Virus record (IMG/VR): IMGVR_UViG_3300013093_000054
Location: 1-57,208 of that record
Length of the DNA stretch: 57,208 nucleotides
DNA from: a virus
Taxonomy: Duplodnaviria; Caudoviricetes
Strand: one strand, 5' to 3'
The position numbers and the translations under genes are program-made. Of the stretch, positions 47,431-56,245 are shown in pieces (within the stretch, counting starts at the first letter, position 1; each line of letters starts with the position of its first letter). Below the pieces are notes generated by a model. That model had not been told where the DNA came from. It ran no database searches and was given only the letters and a program-made list of their open reading frames with translations.

Positions 47431-47705
47431 GTGATGAAGGTGAGTCTGTCGAACTAACGTCTGAACAACTTCAGTCGATAGTTCAACTGACGAACCAAAT
47501 CATTTATCTCATTAGCGATGCCCAGGATGGCGTTATCGTTTTGAGGTCATTGTCTTCAGCGCTTACGTTTGTAATTTGCAACGGGCCTGAAACGCATGAG
47601 GAGGCGGAGAACGCTTTCGACTTTTTCGTTGCGTCAGTTGACGAAGCAATGGGTCAGGCCGACTTATATGGAATGGCGCGATGGTCACGGGGAACGGCAC
47701 ATTAA
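47427..47705 (+). CDS. Hypothetical protein
   Basis: ATGA-coupled 92-aa ORF. Confidence 0.55.
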   Translation: MSDEGESVELTSEQLQSIVQLTNQIIYLISDAQDGVIVLRSLSSALTFVICNGPETHEEAENAFDFFVASVDEAMGQADLYGMARWSRGTAH

Positions 47706-47884
47706 ATCTTGATTACGTCATTGAAACCGTTCGCAGAGAAGAGCGTGAACGTGCGGCTGATATCATAAGAGGTTGGGAAATCTATTCGCCTTATATCGTT
47801 GGCAAAATGAAAATCGACGATAGGAAGCGTGCAATCATTGCCGCGATCAGAGGTGAAGAAGAGGACTATTATTCAGGTGCGTAA
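47681..47884 (+). CDS. Hypothetical protein
   Basis: EERERAA...AAIRG small phage protein motif. Confidence 0.55.
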   Translation: MVTGNGTLNLDYVIETVRREERERAADIIRGWEIYSPYIVGKMKIDDRKRAIIAAIRGEEEDYYSGA

Positions 47885-49521
47885 TGGGCGAAGTTATTTA
47901 TATTGATGGCGATCTTTATGACGTAGATGAAGAGCTCCTGGACATATCAAGATTAGAATGCAAAGAAAGCCTCAGTGAGTTTGTCCGCCAAGCGTGGCAT
48001 GTTATTGAGCCTGGATCAGAATATATCCACAACTGGCACATCGATTTTATCGCAGAGCACCTTCAAGCCATAACAGATGAAGTCGAGCTTGATGATGGCT
48101 CGCCTTACAATCGTTTAGCTATCGCCATTGTGCCAGGCGCGATGAAATCGCTTATGGTCAATGTGTTCTGGCCCAGTTGGGAACTTGGACCAATGGGCAT
48201 GTCTCACATGAGATACATTTGCGTATCGCATAGCCAAGAGCTGGCGATCCGCGACGGTCTCAAGATGCGCCGCCTCATCGAATCTGATTGGTATCAGGAG
48301 CGTTGGGGCAAAACCGTTAAGATCGCCAAAGATCAAAACCAGAAACAGAAATTCGAATTTGAAGGCGGAGGCTTTCGCCAATGCTGCGCTGCCGGTTCAA
48401 TAACAGGCGCAAGAGCTGATCGCGTCATCGTCGACGATATGCTGTCAGTTCAAGATGCAACATCTAAGCAGATCATGGAAAGCACGACGCAACAATTCTT
48501 TGAAGCTATCCCAACGCGTCTCGTTAATCCTAAGAAGTCTGCCATCGTCGTGATCCAGCAAAGGCTCGCAGAGAACGATATCATTGGCTCAATCAAAGAA
48601 CGCGGTCTGCCTTACGATCACATCATGCTTCCTATGCGTTATGAGTCTGCTAGGGCAGAAGCCACGATGCTTGGCATGGAAGACCCACGCAGCGAGGAAG
48701 GCGAGCTCTTATTCCCTGATCGCTTTCCAATTGACGTTGTTGAGCGCGACGAAGCAATCATGGGAAGATGGGCGACAGCTGCTCAGTTCCAGCAGAATCC
48801 AATTCCACGCGGCGGCGGTGTCATTCAAGCCGAATGGTGGCGTGAGTTTGAAGGATCAAGCTATCCGCCATTTTCATACGTCATTGCAGCCGTCGACGGT
48901 GCGTTCACTGTCAAGCAGGAGAACGATCCCAGCGCCATGACCGTCTGGGGCGTATGGGATGGCGGCGATCAGATGGCGCTGCCTACCAGATCGATAAACA
49001 CAAAAGGCGAGATCATCTACGACAAGGAGCGCGTCTACCAAGTTGGCAAGAACAGCGTCATGCTCATCTACGCCTGGGCGGAGCGCTTGGAGTTCCATGA
49101 GCTCGTTGAGCGTGTCAGAGATACGATGCTGACTTACAGCGTCGACAAACTGCTGGTCGAGAACAAAGCCAATGGCTACTCCATAGCGCAAGAGATGCGA
49201 CGTCTATACGGCCATGAAGACTTTGGCGTTCAGCTGATCGACCCGAAAGGTCTTGACAAGCTTGCGCGCCTTTACGCCGTCCAGCATCTGTTCACTGACG
49301 GTCTGATCTACGCGCCAGATACGCAATTTGCGCGAATGGTCATTAACGAAGTTTCTACATTTCCAAAAGGTCGCCATGATGATTTGACCGATACGACGTC
49401 TATGGCCTTGACCTATTTGCGTCAGGCTGGCTTATTGACAAGACAGGCTGAACACGTTGCACAGATGGACCGCGAGATGGAGCACTCTGGCCATCCCGCA
49501 GATCCTCTTTATCCAGTTTAA
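47884..49521 (+). CDS. terL: Terminase large subunit
   Basis: NWHID, VPGAMKS Walker A, ITGARAD.VIVDD Walker B, IQQRL, QQNP.P.GG, RNase-H-like D..., VENKANG, FPKGRHDDLTD. Confidence 0.95.
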   Translation: MGEVIYIDGDLYDVDEELLDISRLECKESLSEFVRQAWHVIEPGSEYIHNWHIDFIAEHLQAITDEVELDDGSPYNRLAIAIVPGAMKSLMVNVFWPSWELGPMGMSHMRYICVSHSQELAIRDGLKMRRLIESDWYQERWGKTVKIAKDQNQKQKFEFEGGGFRQCCAAGSITGARADRVIVDDMLSVQDATSKQIMESTTQQFFEAIPTRLVNPKKSAIVVIQQRLAENDIIGSIKERGLPYDHIMLPMRYESARAEATMLGMEDPRSEEGELLFPDRFPIDVVERDEAIMGRWATAAQFQQNPIPRGGGVIQAEWWREFEGSSYPPFSYVIAAVDGAFTVKQENDPSAMTVWGVWDGGDQMALPTRSINTKGEIIYDKERVYQVGKNSVMLIYAWAERLEFHELVERVRDTMLTYSVDKLLVENKANGYSIAQEMRRLYGHEDFGVQLIDPKGLDKLARLYAVQHLFTDGLIYAPDTQFARMVINEVSTFPKGRHDDLTDTTSMALTYLRQAGLLTRQAEHVAQMDREMEHSGHPADPLYPV

Positions 49522-49536
49522 TCAAGGAACAGTAAG

Positions 49537-49755
49537 ATGATTTACGCTAACGCCGTCGTTGACGTTATTGATAAACCGCCAGCGCATGGTCAGGGGCTTG
49601 GCAAGTTCCGCGTGGAGGTCTGGGGGCGCGCCCCACACGACTTCGTTCGCATATATGATATTCGCGCAAAATCTGATAATGTGGCTGCTCGGGAAGGGCT
49701 CGACCGTTTCGTTGAAGAAATTGGAAAGCTCGTCGGAGATGTTCAAGGAATTTAA
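49537..49755 (+). CDS. Hypothetical protein
   Basis: 72-aa ORF with AAGGA RBS between TerL and portal. Confidence 0.55.
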   Translation: MIYANAVVDVIDKPPAHGQGLGKFRVEVWGRAPHDFVRIYDIRAKSDNVAAREGLDRFVEEIGKLVGDVQGI

Positions 49756-49757
49756 TT

Positions 49758-52160
49758 ATGCCAATTACGCCAGGGCTCAATCCAAACATTCGTCAGGAAC
49801 AGGAAGAGCCCCAAGGGCTTGGCGCTGTCAGTGACCTTCTCGTCGAGATCGTAGAGGATGGCGATAAGCCAGAGACAGATGACAAAGGAAACATTCTTCG
49901 CCTGGATCATGGCGACGGTAGCGTTACTGTTTCACTTGATGGACGTCCTGTTGAGGGTGCCGAGGCCGAGTATAACAAAGAGTTCTTTTCTAATCTCGTT
50001 GACGATATTGATAGCTTTGAGCTTTCTCGTATTTCTGAAGAGCTGCTCAGAGGAGTTCGGGACGACCTCGACAGCCGTAACGACTGGATTGAAGATAGAG
50101 CACAAGGCATCAAGCTCCTTGGCTTAAAGGTTGAGATCCCAGGTCTTCAAGGCGCGTCTGACGGAGCGCCAGTTGATGGCATGAGCCGCGTCCGCCATCC
50201 GCTATTGCTTGAGGCCGTTCTTCGGTTCCAAGCCAATGCTCGTTCCGAGATGCTTCCGACGGATGGTCCTGTCAAAGTCAGGAACGACGATTACCTTGCG
50301 ACAGTGCAAGAGGACGGACTGGCCGATGCGCTCGAAAAAGATCTCAACCACTATCTCACGGCCATTGCGAAAGAATACTATCCTGATACTGACCGAATGC
50401 TGTTTATGCTGGGCTTCGGCGGGACCGCATTCAAGAAAGTATACTTTTGTCCACTCAGAGGCAGGCCGGTCTCTGAAACAGTTGATGCGGACGACCTCAT
50501 CGTCAACAACGCAGCAACGACGTTAACAGACGCAAAGCGTATCACGCATCGCGTTTACATGCGTCCGTCAACTGTAAGAAGGTTGCAGATTCTTGGCGTT
50601 TACCGAGACATTGATCTCATGACGCCAAGCATGGAGAACCCTGACGCGGTTCAGCGTGAGAAGGCCAGCCAGCAAGGTATATCAGTTGATTCAAAAGATC
50701 CTGAAGATCGTGACCGCGAGATTTATGAGATCTATTGCGAGTTAGATATTCGCGGCTTTGAACATAAATATAAAGGAAAAGAAACAGGATTAGAGATTCC
50801 CTATCGCGTCACAATTGATGTATCATCGCGTGAGATACTGTCCATTGTTCGTAACTATAACGAACCCACGGGCGAAGAGGGCGATGAACTTCCTGAAGCA
50901 CGCATTAACATCGTCAAGTATTCTTTTGTCCCTGGCATGGGCTTTTACGACATTGGTCTGCTGCATATTCTTGGCAACACTACAAATGCGGTGACAGCTG
51001 CATGGCGCGAAATGCTGGACGCGGGAATGTATGCAAACTTCCCCGGCTTCCTAATGGCAGACACAGGCGCTCGCCAAAACACGAACATATTTCGCGTGCC
51101 ACCTGGTGGGGGCGCGTTGGTGAAAACGGGTGGAATGCCAATCAACCAAGCGATCATGCCTTTGCCCTACAAGGAGCCTGGGCAGGCGATGATGAACTTG
51201 GTTCAGAACATGGTGGAGACGGGCCAGAGAGTTGGGTCGACAAGCGAGTTGCAGGTTGGCGAGGGCCGATCTGACGCGCCAGTTGGCACAACGCTAGCAA
51301 TGATTGATCAAGCCACAAAAATCATCAACAGCGTTCACAAAAGACTTCATGCGTCACAGGCGGAAGAGTTTCAGCTATTGGCGCAATGCTTCCGCGAACA
51401 TCCTGAAAGCTTCTTTAAAAAGCGCAAAGGGCCGTCGCTGCAATGGAACGCGCAGCTATTCCTGCAAGCCTTGGATAATCATGAGATTGTCCCGCAGGCA
51501 GACCCAAACACCGCAAGCCATACGCAGCGCTTGATGAAAGTCATGGCGCTGAAGCAGTTGCAGGCGACAAATCCTGCTATGTTTGACGCGACAAAGATTG
51601 ACATGGAGGCTATGCGCGCAATTGGTTGGTCTAACCCAGAACAGTTCATGGCGACCAACCAAGGTCCGCCGCCACCTCCGCCAGAAGTTATGGCAAAGAT
51701 GGAAGAGCTGAAGATCAAGAAGCAAGACGCCGACACAAAGACAATGCTGGCTCAAGCTCAGATCCAGAAAGATATGCAGGGCCAGCAGGGCGTTCCGCTT
51801 GACCAGAATAAGTTGATTGACTTGCAGCTTAAGCAGCAAGACATGAAGCAAAAGCAGCTGGACGCGCAGATTAAGCAAATGGACATTGCGGCTAAGATGC
51901 GTGAGTCCATGATGCAGATGCAGACTGAACGTGCAGATACGCAAGTTCGTTTGCATGAGGCAGAGTTGAAGAATCAAGACGATCGGTTTGAAGCCGCCAA
52001 CCGTCAGCGTGATCGTGAAAGCGCTGAGAGGATTGCAGCGGTGAAGCTGGCGCAGGACGTCATGCGCACACCTGGCGCGGATAAGGTTGTAGAGAAGTTG
52101 TTGCCGCAAGATATGCTTAAGCGCCTTCAGTCTGACGAGCCGCCGATTGAGGATCAATAA
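49758..52160 (+). CDS. Portal protein (P22-like, long C-terminal coiled coil)
   Basis: HPLLLEAVLRFQA, GTAFKKVY, GFYDIGL.H, PLPYKEP, APVGTTLA and S.VHKRLH; Q/M-rich barrel-like tail; follows TerL. Confidence 0.9.
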   Translation: MPITPGLNPNIRQEQEEPQGLGAVSDLLVEIVEDGDKPETDDKGNILRLDHGDGSVTVSLDGRPVEGAEAEYNKEFFSNLVDDIDSFELSRISEELLRGVRDDLDSRNDWIEDRAQGIKLLGLKVEIPGLQGASDGAPVDGMSRVRHPLLLEAVLRFQANARSEMLPTDGPVKVRNDDYLATVQEDGLADALEKDLNHYLTAIAKEYYPDTDRMLFMLGFGGTAFKKVYFCPLRGRPVSETVDADDLIVNNAATTLTDAKRITHRVYMRPSTVRRLQILGVYRDIDLMTPSMENPDAVQREKASQQGISVDSKDPEDRDREIYEIYCELDIRGFEHKYKGKETGLEIPYRVTIDVSSREILSIVRNYNEPTGEEGDELPEARINIVKYSFVPGMGFYDIGLLHILGNTTNAVTAAWREMLDAGMYANFPGFLMADTGARQNTNIFRVPPGGGALVKTGGMPINQAIMPLPYKEPGQAMMNLVQNMVETGQRVGSTSELQVGEGRSDAPVGTTLAMIDQATKIINSVHKRLHASQAEEFQLLAQCFREHPESFFKKRKGPSLQWNAQLFLQALDNHEIVPQADPNTASHTQRLMKVMALKQLQATNPAMFDATKIDMEAMRAIGWSNPEQFMATNQGPPPPPPEVMAKMEELKIKKQDADTKTMLAQAQIQKDMQGQQGVPLDQNKLIDLQLKQQDMKQKQLDAQIKQMDIAAKMRESMMQMQTERADTQVRLHEAELKNQDDRFEAANRQRDRESAERIAAVKLAQDVMRTPGADKVVEKLLPQDMLKRLQSDEPPIEDQ

Positions 52161-53923
52161 TGGCTAAGATCAAAGTCGATTATCCTCTCAAAAAGTCAAA
52201 GTCGTTAGACAAAGCTTTGGAGCCTGGCAACAAGACCGGCTTTGTTACGGTGATGAGCCCGACGGATTTTCTGAAGCACGCTAAGAGGCTAAAAGAAACA
52301 AAAGAAGACAAACTCCTTATTTCCTCATTTAAGGAGGGGATGAAGGATGGCAAAAAGTTCAAAGCTCTTAAACTTCTTGATCATAACCTCGCTGATGGTC
52401 GCCACCGTGCTACTGCTGCTGAAGAGCTTGGGATCAAGAAGATACCGGTAATTGATTATCGTGAGAGCGACCTAGCCAAAGAACCAGATGGGATTCATGC
52501 CGTGAGCAAGAAGTCAAACAGAGTTGGCAAAGCAACAGGCGGCGCAATGAATTTACCATTAGGCAGCGACGACCCAAATGATGCTTTCCGTCGACTGATT
52601 ACCTGGAGCTTTGCAACTGCGCCTCTGTTTCACAGGGCTGCGGGCGGAGGTGTTCAAGGCGATGTTCAGTTTGCGCCTGAAGATGAAACGTCACGCCTTC
52701 CGACGTTTACGCAACCAGAAGCACAGGCTGTGTCACGGGCTCTTGATGTGGCTAATGCCGTTCCTAAAAAAGAATACAAGCCATTTGGCGTATTGCCATT
52801 TCGTGAAGATGAATCAGGTATTCACTTTGACCCACATGCCGGTGTGCTGGGAAAGATCATAGGCGGCGTAACCGCGCCAGGAGATGTAGTTACTGGCAAA
52901 CTTGATCCTATGTCTGACGAGGGAATTAATAGAATTGTTGATTTAGCAGGAGTGGCTGGCGGAGGTGGCACCGCGTTTAATGAAGCACCTGCTGGTTCTA
53001 TTGGTATGTTTATTGGCAGAAACGCAAAAACAGCAGATTTGGATGCCCTTAGAGAAGCTCAAAAAATGGCTCTGAGCCGAGAAGGGCGTGACGCCATTTG
53101 GGATAAAACAGGTTGGTATGAAGGAAGGGACAAGAATTGGCGCAGTGAAATATCAGATCATCGTTCTGATTTTCATCCTGAAGTTTTTGACAAACTAATG
53201 GATAAGGGAATTGTTTATGGGAAGATGGGGGATATTTATAATCACCCGGATTTATATAAAGCCTATCCCCATCTTGCCGATCTTGGCGTAGTTGTCGAGC
53301 ATGGAGCATGGCATAACCCAAGCGGTTTATATGAACAATACAAACAAATACCGGGAATTGAGGTAAAGAGTAACCAAATTGAAGGTCCTAATGGATTGCG
53401 TTCTATATTATTGCATGAATTGCAACATGCAGTTCAGCATCACGAAGCACATGCCCCCGGCGGAAGCCCTGCGCATTTTACTCAGCAAAAGGAAGCTGAA
53501 GCAGCTCATAGTGCATTAACTTTAAGAAAAGAAATGGATCAGGTAGCAAAAGAAAATCCTGATTTAGCAGGAAAGCACCAAGAATTATTGTCACGTGTAT
53601 TTGATGACTATGCCAATATGGGTGCGGCTGATTGGTTCCCTAATTCAATGGCTCAAAAAATGTCCATTGATTATGAAAATAATCCAACTAAAATTTTGGA
53701 AGATTTAACTAAAATATATGGCACAAACAGACAAACATCTGCTTTCACTCCAATGGAAATGTATAAAAAGATTTTAGGCGAAGTTGAATCCAGAAATACT
53801 CAAAAACGTATGGACATGCTTGATTTAGCTAGGCAAATTCATCGTCCTTGGAAAACTCAGAGTGTTCCTGATGAGGAGCAATTGGTTCTTTCTCCAAGCG
53901 GGAGAGAGGTAATTGTTGATTAA
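52160..53923 (+). CDS. Polyvalent protein: ParB-like N-terminus + LPD23-like domain with zincin HExxH
   Basis: DGRHRATAA..LGIKKIPV; IWDKTGWYEGRDKNWRSEISD; HPDLYKAYP.L; LLHELQHAVQ..E...GG; GEVESRNTQKR. Confidence 0.7.
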   Translation: MAKIKVDYPLKKSKSLDKALEPGNKTGFVTVMSPTDFLKHAKRLKETKEDKLLISSFKEGMKDGKKFKALKLLDHNLADGRHRATAAEELGIKKIPVIDYRESDLAKEPDGIHAVSKKSNRVGKATGGAMNLPLGSDDPNDAFRRLITWSFATAPLFHRAAGGGVQGDVQFAPEDETSRLPTFTQPEAQAVSRALDVANAVPKKEYKPFGVLPFREDESGIHFDPHAGVLGKIIGGVTAPGDVVTGKLDPMSDEGINRIVDLAGVAGGGGTAFNEAPAGSIGMFIGRNAKTADLDALREAQKMALSREGRDAIWDKTGWYEGRDKNWRSEISDHRSDFHPEVFDKLMDKGIVYGKMGDIYNHPDLYKAYPHLADLGVVVEHGAWHNPSGLYEQYKQIPGIEVKSNQIEGPNGLRSILLHELQHAVQHHEAHAPGGSPAHFTQQKEAEAAHSALTLRKEMDQVAKENPDLAGKHQELLSRVFDDYANMGAADWFPNSMAQKMSIDYENNPTKILEDLTKIYGTNRQTSAFTPMEMYKKILGEVESRNTQKRMDMLDLARQIHRPWKTQSVPDEEQLVLSPSGREVIVD

Positions 53924-54105
53924 ACAGCTCTGAAAAATCAACGTCTTGGTCTATTGCCACATTGTCTGGTAGGTTTAATTTTATCTTTGTAGCCATTTCG
54001 ATCCCCATATCGACACTATTAATAATCCCGACGTTAGTATATTATCTGATCTTCCGCAAGGACGGAGACCGGGACGCCGGTTATTTCTAGCTAGGAATAG
54101 ATAAA

Positions 54106-55539
54106 ATGTCTGAATACTCTTCAAAAACATTACGGGGTAAGATGAAGGATAAGGCAAAGCGCCTTGCCTCCCCAGGTAATTATTCCAAGGATCAGGAAGT
54201 ATCAAGCGCCGATTGGTCGCCTGCTGCTCCTATCAATGCAGACGTAAAGACGGGTCTGCGTCCTGTTTCCCCACGAAATTATAAGCGTGGCGGTGCCGTT
54301 AAAAGAGCCGAAGGCGGCGCTACTAAAGGCAGCAAATGGACAGACGAATTTATTAACCGCAACGTCAAATCAGCTAACGCAGAGCGCCCAGGCGGCAAAG
54401 ATCACGTTGGCGCTTTGAAAAAAGGCGGCAAGGTTAAGCGCGCAAGTGGCGGCTTGGCTGAAGAATTATCAAAACCTGTTTCTGATTTAAGAACCCGTCT
54501 TTCACGGGAAGATCGCCGCAGAAAAGAGATGGAGCCTGACAGCAAAGGCAGCGGTATGTTAAGCGGGTTGCTGGGTAAAAGGCATGGCGGCAAAATTAAG
54601 CGCGCTACTGGTGGCAATGTCCCGTCGGACAAAGAAACGCAAACGGACAAAGCCCGTATCGGCACAGAAAAGATCAAGCCAGTTCGCGCCAAGGCTGAAC
54701 ACTACAAGAAGGGCGGGAAGATTAAACGCGCTTGTGGTGGTTACGATGATGGCGGTCGCCTTCCTTCTCCCGAAGAGGCAATTGGCTCAGAGGTTCGCAT
54801 GAAGGGCCTTAAGGTTATGCCTTCTCAGTCCGCCAGCAAAGCCGCTATGGTTCCTCCTTCAACGCTGCGTCGTGAAGAGGGCTATGCCGCTGCCGACATG
54901 AAAGCCAAGCGTCCAGGACGTAAAGACGGTGGCGCTAAGTGGATTCAGTCAGCAATTAAAAAGCCCGGTGCTCTTCACAAGCAGCTTGGCGTTCCTGCTG
55001 GCGAGAAGATCCCCGCGAAGAAACTTGCTAAAGCCGCCGATAAGCCAGGTAAGCTTGGCCAACGTGCGCGCCTAGCAGAGACGCTGAAGGGTCTACGCAA
55101 AGGCCGCGCTACAGGTGGCGCAGCTGATGCAAGCCCACTTAGCACAGCTGCTAAGTCTGTTCGTGATGGCCGTGCAACGGGTGGACGCAAGTCTGGTAAG
55201 ACAGACATTAAAATTAACATTTTAGCTGGCGGTGCAAAGCCACCTATGCCTGGCGCAATGATGCCGCCTCCAGTTGTGCCAATGTTGCCGCCTACAGGCG
55301 GACCTGGCGCTGGTCCTGCTCCTATGCCACCTGCGGCTGTTCCTGCTGCTGGTCTTCCAACACAGGGTATTCCGATGGGTCGCAAAGCAGGTGGACGTAT
55401 TACCAAAGTAGCCAAGTCATATAAAGACATGCAGGCTGGTTCAGCTAGTGGAGAAGGTCGTCTTCAGAAGACGGATATCGCCAAGCTTCATAAAGATGCG
55501 CCTTCACGCAAGTCTGGTGGTAAAGTTCGCGGGAAGTAG
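54106..55539 (+). CDS. Basic, low-complexity probable internal head protein with repeated xxxGG motifs
   Basis: About 14 di-glycine motifs (YKRGG, RAEGG, RATGG, etc.); KWIQSAIKKPGALH...RARLAETL module; Pro-rich segment. Confidence 0.7.
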   Translation: MSEYSSKTLRGKMKDKAKRLASPGNYSKDQEVSSADWSPAAPINADVKTGLRPVSPRNYKRGGAVKRAEGGATKGSKWTDEFINRNVKSANAERPGGKDHVGALKKGGKVKRASGGLAEELSKPVSDLRTRLSREDRRRKEMEPDSKGSGMLSGLLGKRHGGKIKRATGGNVPSDKETQTDKARIGTEKIKPVRAKAEHYKKGGKIKRACGGYDDGGRLPSPEEAIGSEVRMKGLKVMPSQSASKAAMVPPSTLRREEGYAAADMKAKRPGRKDGGAKWIQSAIKKPGALHKQLGVPAGEKIPAKKLAKAADKPGKLGQRARLAETLKGLRKGRATGGAADASPLSTAAKSVRDGRATGGRKSGKTDIKINILAGGAKPPMPGAMMPPPVVPMLPPTGGPGAGPAPMPPAAVPAAGLPTQGIPMGRKAGGRITKVAKSYKDMQAGSASGEGRLQKTDIAKLHKDAPSRKSGGKVRGK

Positions 55540-55550
55540 TTCTCGTGCCG

Positions 55551-55600
55551 GGGGCGGCTCTTCCCCTTCCTCAGAGTCGCCCCTACTTATAAGAGGAAGG
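55551..55600 (+). other. Hairpin with anti-SD loop / H-type pseudoknot candidate
   Basis: Stem GGGGCGGCTCT/AGAGTCGCCCC; loop CCTTCCTC complementary to GAGGAAGG at 55593-55600. Confidence 0.5.
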
Positions 55601-55618
55601 CCAGAGTGGAAGCTGGTC

Positions 55619-55828
55619 ATGGGAACGTTAACGCAAGTAAGTGTCTATATACGCGAACTCGAGCATCTTATTAATATTGAGATTGAGAGGTTAGTTGAGC
55701 AGATGGCTCTTGGTAGGCTTGAACGCATAGAAGAATACAAACATTTAGCTGGCAGGATTGCAGGTCTTGCGCAGGCAAAAGAATATCTTGGCGAGGCCGA
55801 CAAGATATGCGCCGAGAAGTATCGTTAA
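55619..55828 (+). CDS. Conserved small head-region protein
   Basis: EEYKHLAGRIAGL motif; upstream of the GroES-like gene. Confidence 0.6.
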   Translation: MGTLTQVSVYIRELEHLINIEIERLVEQMALGRLERIEEYKHLAGRIAGLAQAKEYLGEADKICAEKYR

Positions 55829-55842
55829 CGAGGAAGGGTAAT

Positions 55843-56235
55843 ATGAAACAACTAGAAATGAGCCATGACGTAGATCCAAAGCAAAAGCTGATAGAAGATT
55901 TGGGTGACATCTCAAACATTGAGATATTTAACAATCAGCTTCTTGTTGCGGTTTATATTCGCCCTGAGAAAACCAAGAGCGGTTTGTATCTGAGCGATAA
56001 GTATCGTGACGAAGATCGTTTTCAGTCTAAGATTGGATTGATTGTTGGCATGGGTCCAACTGCTTTCCAAGACGATACGGGTGTTTGGTTTAACAATTCC
56101 AGCTTTGCGGTAGGAGACTGGGTTGTGTTTAGGCCATCAGACGGCTGGAGCGTCACGGTTAATGGCTCTTTATGCCGAATGTTGTCGGATACGCAGGTAA
56201 AAGCTCGCGTCCCGAACCCAGATATCATGTGGTAA
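55843..56235 (+). CDS. GroES-like co-chaperonin
   Basis: NQLLVAV..PEKTKSGLYL....GLIVGMGP....VGDWVVF...G. Confidence 0.85.
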   Translation: MKQLEMSHDVDPKQKLIEDLGDISNIEIFNNQLLVAVYIRPEKTKSGLYLSDKYRDEDRFQSKIGLIVGMGPTAFQDDTGVWFNNSSFAVGDWVVFRPSDGWSVTVNGSLCRMLSDTQVKARVPNPDIMW

Positions 56236-56245
56236 GGAGATTTAT

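Noticed and set aside
51456-52157. 233-aa antisense ORF in the portal 3' end
   Set aside because: Leu/His-rich mirror of the Q/M/K-rich coiled-coil codons.
55537-55680. Stop-codon readthrough or frameshift driven by the pseudoknot after the TAG
   Set aside because: In-frame readthrough ends about 44 codons later without joining a gene, and no slippery heptamer is present; the structure is kept only as a regulatory candidate.
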